From Zootoca vivipara (taxonomy: Eukaryota), in NCBI RefSeq assembly GCF_963506605.1, contig NC_083281.1:24614001-24678000 (forward strand): a stretch of DNA of 64,000 nt, given 5' to 3'. Below the pieces are notes generated by a model. The model was given only the letters and a program-made list of their open reading frames with translations, made no database searches and was not told the origin of the DNA. Each line of letters begins with the position of its first letter. Within the stretch, counting starts at the first letter, position 1. Shown piece by piece: positions 50,497 to 59,411 of the stretch. The position numbers and the translations under genes were made by a program.

Positions 50497-50586
50497 CATA
50501 GCTGCCAAGTTTTCCCTTTTCTCACGAGGAAGCCTATTCAGCATAAGGGAATTTCCCTTAAAAAAAGGGAGAACTTGGCAGCTATG
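50497..50586 (+). mobile_element. 90-bp hAT MITE carrying an NF-kB consensus
   Basis: Same TIRs as 28031; TSD TTGTAGAG; GGGAATTTCC at 50547-50556. Confidence 0.9.
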
Positions 50587-50759
50587 TTGTAGAGTCGGAA
50601 AGGACCTCAAGGGTCATCTATTTCAACCCCTTGAAATCAGTGCCATGTGGGGCTTAAGTGCAGAAAACTCGGGAGCTGCTGAGACTGACACAGAGGCAAC
50701 TACCGCAGAGGTAAAGGATTAATCATCTCTGATGCTTCAAGTTTCACAAGTGATCCTTT

Positions 50760-51047
50760 GGGACCTTCCCATGAAAGGGCAGCGTCCCCGCTGTCAATCA
50801 GGCTGCTTGGAGCTCCCTCTAGCGGGGAATGAGGCTCCCGCTCTTCATTGCATACTGTATCGCCTTCGCGCGTACTTTCGCTTTCTTGTTTGCTTTTTGT
50901 AGTGCGACGACCAGGAGGGAGAGGGAATAAAAGCGAGAGAGAGAAAGAGAGTTGGACGAAGAAAAGGGTCAGAGACCAGCAAGCAAAGCCTCCGAAGAGG
51001 GAACTGAGCTTTACTGCATAAAAATCGGACAGGCAGCAGGAAACGAG
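50760..51047 (+). promoter_or_regulatory. IRG promoter / first-exon module P5 (likely for the gene at 58254)
   Basis: kB GGGACCTTCC at 50760 overlapping TTCCCATGAA; ISRE ACTTTCGCTTTC at 50874-50885; AATAAAA at the TATA position; donor GAG|GTGAGC at 51048. Confidence 0.65.
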
Positions 51048-51835
51048 GTGAGCATTTCTCCTGGGGCTCTGCTGATTTCCGTGGGTTTTTTGGGTTTTTT
51101 CTGAGCATGTTTGAGTTAAAGGAGACTCTGAGCTCATTTCTAGACAGGGGGCGGCAGAATCGTTTATTTTCACTCTTATGAATAATGATGTTGAGAAGGC
51201 TGCCCTTCTTCCCCGCTGCAAAGGGAGTAAATAACATGAAAGCTCCAAGGAGCAAGCAGAGCTGGTGCTACCATATAAGAGTTGTAAGTACTGTAACTGC
51301 TCTGAAATCAACGCGGGTCTCCCTTTCCAGCGGTGACGCGTGTTCATTCGACATCCGCTTCTGCAGCTGCTACGGTACGAGGCTGCCCTCCTGCTCCTCT
51401 CGCCTCCTGCCTCTTTACTTTTTGGGGGTTTGACAGAGGGGAGGGGGAAGCTATTTGGAAGTAGGCAGAGCTTAATCTAAGTGATCTGTCGCTCCTGGCA
51501 GAACCGTTCAGATTGCGCCCCCTAGCCACGGACGAATGAGCTCTTCTTTCCGTCTCTCCTCCACCCCACCCCCCACAAGCATTCAATTCCTCACATACTT
51601 CACCTTGTAATGAATTCTTTCACAGAAAATACAGTATTTAATTTATTATTTCTTAATAAAAGGTTTCAGCAGAGAAAATGACATTTTGATGTGAGTTGAC
51701 AGGTGTTTTTTTAAAAATGTAATTCAGTTGTAAAACAATACACAGATATGCCTAAATGGAACATACAAACAATATCTTACTGAATTGTTCCACAATGATA
51801 ACTTTCTGGTCTCAGAGCCAGAGGTGTCGTATACA

Positions 51836-51877
<42 letters not shown>

Positions 51878-53135
51878 ACACACACACAAAACCCACAGCC
51901 CACCTCCCCAGCCCACCTCCCTTGACCCTCCCCCCACTGGCGATCCCAGATCTCTCCACTGGTGCACACAGCCCTCCCTTCCAGGCTGCTCTTCGCCTGC
52001 ATACCCAACACACACCTTGAGAGAGAAACCTCTCAGCAGCCCTCCAGGTGATTTCCAGACACGAGTATGAGGAAAAGTTTCTCACCCAAAAAAAACTTCA
52101 GAGGGGGGGAGAGAGAATGGAAAAAAATGATAAAGCTTTGCTGAGGGATCAAGATTCGAGGAATTTGTGTCTGGTCCTTCCACAGGTTGGGGAGAAGGAG
52201 GGGGGAGGCTGTGTGTGTGTGTGTGTGTGGCTTTCTCGCATGCGCACTTGATGCCCCTTCCAAGCTGGAGAAGCAGGAGCGCTCCCCAAAGAGAAGAGCA
52301 AACTTGGGCTGCTCCTTAGGGAGAATACTCTCCCCCCCTTGCGCACAAAGCCCACCTTGCCCCGCTCACTTATGGCCCCACTTCTCAGCTTCCTCCCTGC
52401 AGCGCCCTCTACATTACGGGCTGCTGTGGTTTGACCATCCAAGTGCAGCCTTTTAAAGCCGACTTTGGCACGCCTCACCTGCGCCCCTGGTGGGGCCTAT
52501 CCCACCACCCCTGAGGGAAGACTTCACAAGGGGGGGTGTTTGAAAAAGGGTGTGAGGGGCTCCTGAGCCCCACAGGGGTGCCACAGAAAGAAGGTACTTG
52601 GTCATAGGAGCTGAGGACTCAAGCAGACGGGGGGGGGAGGTGTTGGAAGCTGAAGAGGCAACAGGGTTTAGTGAGCAGGAAGAGTCTGTGGCAGAGAACA
52701 GTCCAGAATCAGAGACAGAAGTGGAAGAGGGATCAAGAGGAAGTGTAGAGGCAGGTTGCTGAAGAAGCCAGGGAATCTCCCCCTTGTGGTGTAACCAGTT
52801 TCCCTACCCCCTGGTCTCCCAGATCACGAAGAGGAATGAAGAGGGCAGAGCAATGAGAGACAAGACGAAAGAACCTCAGGTTGTTGGGGAAGAAGGTGCC
52901 TCAGAAAGTGAGGGGAGGTGGGGACCTACAGTCCTCACAACTGCTTCTTTGGGGCAAGAAATACTGGGAAGAGTTGCTGTGTTCACTTCGCCTGTTTGGT
53001 TTTCTTTGAATAAAGAGTTAACTTCACTGACAACAGGTGTTTTATTGCTCACGGACTCCAGCTCCTGACATCCCATGACCTTTGGGCACTTTATCCTTGC
53101 ACTCCCTTCTGAATTATGGGATGTGATGGGATTCA

Positions 53136-53753
53136 TATGGGAATGTTAGGGATGTGGATTAGGATATATTATTAGATAGATCCTATCCAAGCTTGTGTTA
53201 GCAAGCTTCCAATATCAGCAGAGTGACATTCCCCTTTTGTGCGCAGCAAAGCATGTGCGTTAGATTCGCTAGAATCTCTATAACAATATTACACTTTATA
53301 GTTCAATATTACACTTCCTGGCAAAGGTCCCCTTTGTCCCTCTTAAAAGAAATACACAACACAGTGTTTATAAAATAAGATAGAGTTTACTTACAGTTTC
53401 ATCCTGAGTTACAGCATAATCTCAGAAAGGCAGGCTTGCTTAGAAAAGTTACAAGTATATATACATCTAGAGACTACTTAGTAAAGTAAGACTCCATTTG
53501 GTCTCACTCTTGGCTGCAGGCCTAGAGTGAGAACCATGCTAACTAGAGATTCTCTGAAGATGTGTTCCCATCGAAGGAGGAAGTATCTAAGAGAGAGAGA
53601 GATTGCAGGCTAGGGCTTTTGTCTAATCCAACTCATTTGCATGTCTGAGGGAACAGGAACTGACCTGTAGTCAGGTGTCCCTCCAGGTGAGTTCCTGTTA
53701 GTGGACACTCTAGGAACTGTTGTGACTTGTCTGCCCCAGTGTTCCATCCCACA
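53136..53753 (-). repeat. Copia 3' LTR (618 bp)
   Basis: Direct repeat of 57696-58080; preceded on the minus strand by PPT GAGAAGGGG (53764-53756). Confidence 0.95.
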
Positions 53754-53815
53754 AACCCCTTCTCAGGCAATTCACAACATTCATTACATACAAAACAAAA
53801 CATAAGCAACTTTAT

Positions 53816-56800
53816 TCAACCACCCAAGAGTCCCAGCTTGACACGCAGGTTCTGGAAACTCTGTCTTGGCAGGGGTTTTGTTAGGATGTCTGCTGTCATC
53901 TCCGATGTGCAGCAGTACGACAGTTCGACAAGTCCATCTTGTATCATTTGGCGAACGTAGTGGTACCTGACCCCAATGTGTTTTGAGCGTGCTAGGAACT
54001 TCTCATTCTGCGCCAGCTTTAGACAGCTTTGGTTGTCCTCCAGCAGGCTTATAGGTTCCTTTCTCTCCACGCCAAAGTCTGTTAGGAGTTGGTCCAGCCA
54101 GGAAATCTCTCTGCACGCTTCTGTAGCCGCAACATATTCCGATTCTGTAGACGATAAAGCTATACATTTCTGTTTATAACTGCCCCATGTGATAGCTCCG
54201 CCCCCATACATAAAGACATGCCCGCTTGTGGATTTATAATCAGAATTATCACCCGCCCAGTCAGCATCAGTGTACCCAATGAGCTTAGGGTCACTGACAG
54301 CTGGTAACTTTAATTTACAATCCATTGTACCCTTAAGATATCGAACCACCCTCTTCACACCAACCCAATCATGCTCAGTGGGACTACTCACTTTCCTGCT
54401 GAGAATCCCTACTGCATTGGCTAAATCAGGTCTGCACGTGGTAACTAAATACAAAAGTTTACCAATCGCTGAACGATACTCTGTGTTGTTTGGCAGCAGC
54501 TTCGAATCCTCTTGGTTCTTTAAGAAGTCTGTAGCCATCGGGGTGTCGACGGGTTTCGCATCCTGCAATTGCATACTCTCCAACAGTTCAATTATCTTTT
54601 GCTTCTGATTAAGTAGAAATGAACCATCCTGTTCTCTTTCCACTTGAATCCCGAGGTAATACTCAACTGGTCCTAATTCCTTCACTTGCACTTCCTTGTT
54701 GAGGTGCTGGACTACATTTTTATAATCCCTGTCATTTGACGTTGCGATTAAAAGGTCGTCAACGAAGGCAAGAATATAAGAAAATTGTCCATTACTCTGC
54801 TTAGTGTACAAACACTTGTCAGCTTCACCTTGCTTGTACCCAAGTTTCACCAGCATTCCATGCAATTTCAAGTTCCAGGCTCTGGCTGCTTGTTTTAAAC
54901 CATACAGTCCCTTTTGAAGCTTGCAAACCAAATGTGCCTCATTTGGCTTTATAAAACCTTTAGGCTGCTTCATGTAAATTTCTTCAGAAATTTCCCCATG
55001 CAAAAACGCAGTAGCTATATCGATGTGTTTCACCTCCATCCCTTTAGATGCTGCGATGCTTAAAAGTAATCTTACGCTACTGTATCTTACTGTCGGTGCA
55101 AAGACTTGGTCATAGTCGTGGCCATATTGCTGTGAAAAACCTTGTGCCACTAGTCTTGCTTTGTAACGTTGCACCTCCCCTTCTGAACCCCTTTTAACCT
55201 TGAACACCCATTTGCTCCCAATTGCTTTCTTACCAGCAGGTAATTCTGTGAGTGTCCAGGTCTTGTTCTTGTGCAGTGCGTCAATCTCCTCCTGCGCGGC
55301 TTTCCTCCAGAGACTAGCTTTGGTGGCTGGCATCTGCTCTACCTCTTCCCAAGTGGAAGGTTCTGGTGGAGACGCCGACCCTGCAAAGTAGGACAGTCGT
55401 AGTGGCGGAACACCCTTGTTGGTTCTGGATGAGCATCTGACCTCTGGTTGTGCAACCGCATCAGCATCCTCATCCTCCTCCAACGCTGGCATGTCCACGT
55501 ACAGCTCCTCCTCTTCGTCTCTGGTGCCGCCAGGGGTCTGGACCTCTGCGTCTTCTGGGGTGTCGCCTGTAGGGGGTGTTGTGACACTAGAAGGTATATT
55601 AGTTCCTTGTGCTAAAGGAAAACTTATAAACTCTTCATCTGGTGACTCTCTAGAACAGTCAATAACAGTGTTCTTTGTATCAAACTTTCCTAGTTCATCA
55701 AAATGAACCACATGGTATGGGTCTACTCTGCCACTCTTTGGATCTAGAACTCTATATCCCTTTCCTCCAGGAGCATATCCAACCAGGATACCTGCTTTTG
55801 CTCTGGAGTCAAGCTTGTGTCTGCGCTCTTTGGGCACATGGTAATAACAGACACTTCCAAACACACGTATGTGCTGCAGACTTGGGACTCTCCCGTGCCA
55901 AAGTTCAAATGGTGTGCGTTCTGCACCCTTTGTAGGCAATCTGTTTTGCAAATAAATCGCCGTATTCGCCGCTTCACCCCATAGCTTCTGTGACAAGTTG
56001 GCCTCTTTTAACATGCACCTTGTCATCTCCATAATAGACCTAAACTTTCTCTCAGCAATGGAGTTCTGTTGAGGCGTGTAAGCAACTGTAGTTACATGTG
56101 CTATGCCTTCTTGTGCCATGATGGCCTTCATCTGCCGTGAGCAAAACTCTCCACCATTATCCGAAATTAAGGTGGAAGGAGCTCTCTGGAATTTGTTCTT
56201 CACCATGTTTAAGTACAGTTTGAACAATTCCGGTGTCTGACTCTTTTCTTCTAGAAAATATCCAACACTATATCTTGAGAAGTCATCTATAAATATCAGA
56301 ATGTACTTATTGTTTCCTAGGGAAGGTACATTCAGCGGACCACATAGGTCAGTATGAACAGTGTCCATGACTTTTGTGCTTCTCTTCTCTGTACAACGTG
56401 GGAAGGAAGGCTTGACTGCCTTTTCAGTTATGCAAGTTGTACAGTTTGGCATTGGTGTACTGCAATTCTTTACCTGTAGACCTTTTACCAGATTTTCCTT
56501 CTGCATTTTCAGGATAACGTTGGTGTCCCTGTGTCCAAGCCTTTTGTGCCAGAGTTCCAGATCTGGTTGATCCTTTCTGCTGGGTTGTGCAACCCTTGCA
56601 GACTCATTCTCTGAAATATCAATCTCATACACATCATTGATTAGTTTGGCTTGAATAAACACTTCACCATCTTTTATCACATTGCATTGTCCATTTTTAA
56701 ATATAATTTCAAAACCTTTCTTGTCCAAGCTAGACACACTTATTAGATTACAGTTCAGCTTTGGTGCATACTTAACATTACTCACTGTAGTATCAAAAGA

Positions 56801-57394
56801 CTCATTGTTCACTTTGAAATTCAAGTTCAAAGATCCTGCACCTATTGACTTTATAACATTTCCATCAGCAATTTCAATCTCAGACTGTTTATTATTGTCT
56901 ATTTCATTGAAATATTCCCTTTTATAACAGAAGTGGCTGCTTGCTGCACTGTCCAGAAGCCACTTATTGCGCTTTCCTTCACAGCTCTGGAAAGCTACAT
57001 TTCTTTCTTGCAATATCATTGCACGCCCACGACCCCCCTTCTTTTCGCCTTTTGGTGGAAAGGGGCGGGATTCATTCTTTGTAGATGCTCCATACTTGCG
57101 CTCAATATCCTTTAAGATTTGCGCTGCATCATCTCTGCTATTAATTGACGTTAGATGCTTATTGCGAAGTCCACTCAAAATTATGTGTCTGGCCTCGCTG
57201 TTCATGCGTTTCCAAGTTGCTATCTTTGCTAAATCCTCTTCTGCTTCGCCAGTAGGCATAGGATTTTCAATGGCATCCAAAACATTCCTTGCATCTAAAA
57301 ATGCTATCAGGCGTTGTTTCCAAAATACGTAATTGTGGTCATCTAAAGCCATTAATCCTAGGTTAACTCCACTATCAAAATCTGCAAAAGCCAT
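53816..57394 (-). CDS. Copia gag-pol polyprotein (1192 aa; gag internally shortened)
   Basis: Gag N-terminus NYVFWK, protease LLDSAAS, HKRLGH..CTTC, integrase HTDLCGP/SDNGGEF/AER, RT YKARLVA/LYGLKQA/FVDD, RNase H YTDADW/ADILTK. Confidence 0.95.
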   Translation of the reverse strand: MAFADFDSGVNLGLMALDDHNYVFWKQRLIAFLDARNVLDAIENPMPTGEAEEDLAKIATWKRMNSEARHIILSGLRNKHLTSINSRDDAAQILKDIERKYGASTKNESRPFPPKGEKKGGRGRAMILQERNVAFQSCEGKRNKWLLDSAASSHFCYKREYFNEIDNNKQSEIEIADGNVIKSIGAGSLNLNFKVNNESFDTTVSNVKYAPKLNCNLISVSSLDKKGFEIIFKNGQCNVIKDGEVFIQAKLINDVYEIDISENESARVAQPSRKDQPDLELWHKRLGHRDTNVILKMQKENLVKGLQVKNCSTPMPNCTTCITEKAVKPSFPRCTEKRSTKVMDTVHTDLCGPLNVPSLGNNKYILIFIDDFSRYSVGYFLEEKSQTPELFKLYLNMVKNKFQRAPSTLISDNGGEFCSRQMKAIMAQEGIAHVTTVAYTPQQNSIAERKFRSIMEMTRCMLKEANLSQKLWGEAANTAIYLQNRLPTKGAERTPFELWHGRVPSLQHIRVFGSVCYYHVPKERRHKLDSRAKAGILVGYAPGGKGYRVLDPKSGRVDPYHVVHFDELGKFDTKNTVIDCSRESPDEEFISFPLAQGTNIPSSVTTPPTGDTPEDAEVQTPGGTRDEEEELYVDMPALEEDEDADAVAQPEVRCSSRTNKGVPPLRLSYFAGSASPPEPSTWEEVEQMPATKASLWRKAAQEEIDALHKNKTWTLTELPAGKKAIGSKWVFKVKRGSEGEVQRYKARLVAQGFSQQYGHDYDQVFAPTVRYSSVRLLLSIAASKGMEVKHIDIATAFLHGEISEEIYMKQPKGFIKPNEAHLVCKLQKGLYGLKQAARAWNLKLHGMLVKLGYKQGEADKCLYTKQSNGQFSYILAFVDDLLIATSNDRDYKNVVQHLNKEVQVKELGPVEYYLGIQVEREQDGSFLLNQKQKIIELLESMQLQDAKPVDTPMATDFLKNQEDSKLLPNNTEYRSAIGKLLYLVTTCRPDLANAVGILSRKVSSPTEHDWVGVKRVVRYLKGTMDCKLKLPAVSDPKLIGYTDADWAGDNSDYKSTSGHVFMYGGGAITWGSYKQKCIALSSTESEYVAATEACREISWLDQLLTDFGVERKEPISLLEDNQSCLKLAQNEKFLARSKHIGVRYHYVRQMIQDGLVELSYCCTSEMTADILTKPLPRQSFQNLRVKLGLLGG

Positions 57395-57676
57395 CTTGGA
57401 ATCTCAAAATTCTAAAAATTTCTCAAAATTCAAAAATTTGCCAAAAATTCCAAAGTCAAAAACTCTAAAAATATCTCAAAATGCAAAATAATCTTCACTG
57501 CCTCTGAGTTCTCAGTGCTGTAAACTCTGAGGGAGGGGAGGGGTAGCTAATCCCCTAGGCACACTGGATAACAATAGACCATGTGCTTACCAGGAAGTTC
57601 TAACTGAAAAAATCCTACTCAGTTCAAAAATCACAATCCAAAGCAATCCTTCAAAAATACACAAAAATACGCAGTC

Positions 57677-57692
57677 CTGGGCCGTAATAACC
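57677..57692 (-). promoter_or_regulatory. Copia primer-binding site (variant of the internal tRNA-iMet type)
   Basis: GGTTATTACGGCCCAG just inside the 5' LTR, versus the copia-type GGTTATGGGCCCAG. Confidence 0.7.
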
Positions 57693-57695
57693 CTT

Positions 57696-58080
57696 TATGG
57701 GAATGTTAGGGATGTGGATTAGGATATATTATTAGATAGATCCTATCCAAGCTTGTGTTAGCAAGCTTCCAATATCAGCAGAGTGACATACATCTAGAGA
57801 CTACTTAGTAAAGTAAGACTCCATTTGGTCTCACTCTTGGCTGCAGGCCTAGAGTGAGAACCATGCTAACTAGAGATTCTCTGAAGATGTGTTCCCATCG
57901 AAGGAGGAAGTATCTAAGAGAGAGAGAGATTGCAGGCTAGGGCTTTTGTCTAATCCAACTCATTTGCATGTCTGAGGGAACAGGAACTGACCTGTAGTCA
58001 GGTGTCCCTCCAGGTGAGTTCCTGTTAGTGGACACTCTAGGAACTGTTGTGACTTGTCTGCCCCAGTGTTCCATCCCACA
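57696..58080 (-). repeat. Copia 5' LTR (385 bp, with a 233-bp internal deletion)
   Basis: Identical by eye to the 3' LTR except that it lacks the segment matching 53230-53462. Confidence 0.95.
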
Positions 58081-58253
58081 ATTCATACCTTCTACCTATA
58101 AAGCTTTTTTGATTGGCAAATTATAATAATAGGGCCGACGCTGGAAATTTTATGGAGGGCATGCCACTCTCGTTAAATAAATGAATGCTTCTAGTTAGGC
58201 CGGTTGCTTAACATTTTCCTACTTCCTTTCTCTGCAGTGCACCTAGATCCACA

Positions 58254-59411
58254 ATGGTTGAAGACTTTGAGGTAGCCATTTTTCAGGGCCAATTGGCAGA
58301 TGCTGTGTCGCACGTGCTGGCAAAACCACTGCACTTTTTCAACAGCACTCCACTCAACATTGCCGTAGTAGGAGAGCCCGGCTCCGGGAAGTCTTCCTTC
58401 ATCAATGCCATGTTGGGTCTTCATGCTGATGACCCGCGTGCCGCTGCGACCGGCATACAGATGACGACATTGCAAGTCAAGGATTACCCACACCCGACAC
58501 TTCCGCAAGTGATCCTTTGGGACCACCCCGGAAAGGGTACGCCAACTTTTGGGGAGGACAAATCTGAGAAGAAGGCTGATTTAAATCAGTTTGATTTCTT
58601 CTTCATCGTCGGCTCCCAACGCTTCCGCTCCACCCATTCTGACCTGGTCCATGAGATCCAAGATATGGCCAAAAATTTCTACTTTGTGCGCACCAAAGCA
58701 GACCTGGACCTGTCGGCCGCCAAGAGGCAACAGCCATCCGACTACAATGAAGAGAAGGTCCTCTTGCACATCCAGGAGGACAGCAAAGAGTGCTTGGTAA
58801 GAGAAGGAGTGAGGGACCCACATGTCTTCATCGTCTCCAACTGGGAAGCCAACCGCTTTGATTTCCCCCTCCTGCAGGAAACGCTGAAGAACGATCTCTT
58901 GCGGCTGAAGAGGCAAGTCTTTCTGCACCGCTTCCCTAGCATCTGTCTGCCTATCTTAGAGAAAAAGAAAGCCTCTGTGAAGGAGAAGATTTGGACCAGT
59001 AGGCTTTGCTTGCTGGTAACTCTTGGAAGCCCAGTTCCTTTCCTTCTTCCCATGTTTCTTTTTAGTAAGTTCCGCTCCTGGTGCTTCCTAGACTTTGGCC
59101 TGAATGATCGATCCCTTGCAGCTCTGGCCCAGCGTGTTGGAAAGACAAGCACAGCCCTTAAAGCAGCAATGCAGTCCCTGGGAATGTTCTCTGCCATTTT
59201 ATGGGTGCTGCCAGACTTGGTGGGACTCTCAGTGATGGCTTATGAATATCACCGCTGGGAGCATTTCCCCATCTTTGGCTGCCTTCTGTCCGGAGGGGTT
59301 TCACTTCTTCGCACCTACTTCATGCTGCAGAAATGCATATTGGGTGCTGCGGATGACACCCAGAGGGTTCTGTCCAAAGCTCTTGAGGCAGAAGGGGGAA
59401 AGTCCATTTAG
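58254..59411 (+). CDS. Divergent immunity-related GTPase (385 aa)
   Basis: Acceptor CCTTTCTCTGCAG| at 58238; G1 GEPGSGKS, G3 WDHPG, G4 TKAD, FIVSNW, FGLNDRSL; hydrophobic C-terminal segments. Confidence 0.9.
   Translation: MVEDFEVAIFQGQLADAVSHVLAKPLHFFNSTPLNIAVVGEPGSGKSSFINAMLGLHADDPRAAATGIQMTTLQVKDYPHPTLPQVILWDHPGKGTPTFGEDKSEKKADLNQFDFFFIVGSQRFRSTHSDLVHEIQDMAKNFYFVRTKADLDLSAAKRQQPSDYNEEKVLLHIQEDSKECLVREGVRDPHVFIVSNWEANRFDFPLLQETLKNDLLRLKRQVFLHRFPSICLPILEKKKASVKEKIWTSRLCLLVTLGSPVPFLLPMFLFSKFRSWCFLDFGLNDRSLAALAQRVGKTSTALKAAMQSLGMFSAILWVLPDLVGLSVMAYEYHRWEHFPIFGCLLSGGVSLLRTYFMLQKCILGAADDTQRVLSKALEAEGGKSI

Larger units (their letters stand above)
53136..58080 (-). mobile_element. Ty1/Copia LTR retrotransposon, young insertion
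   Basis: Two LTRs, TSD ATTCA at 53131-53135 and 58081-58085, PBS, PPT, domain order PR-IN-RT-RH. Confidence 0.97.

Noticed and set aside
50700-51347. 215-aa minus-strand ORF
   Set aside because: Antisense to promoter module P5; no equivalent ORF at the paralogous modules and no domain
58254-59411. Assignment as IRGM or IRGQ
   Set aside because: The P-loop is an intact GKS type, neither GMS nor degenerate; orthology needs a phylogeny
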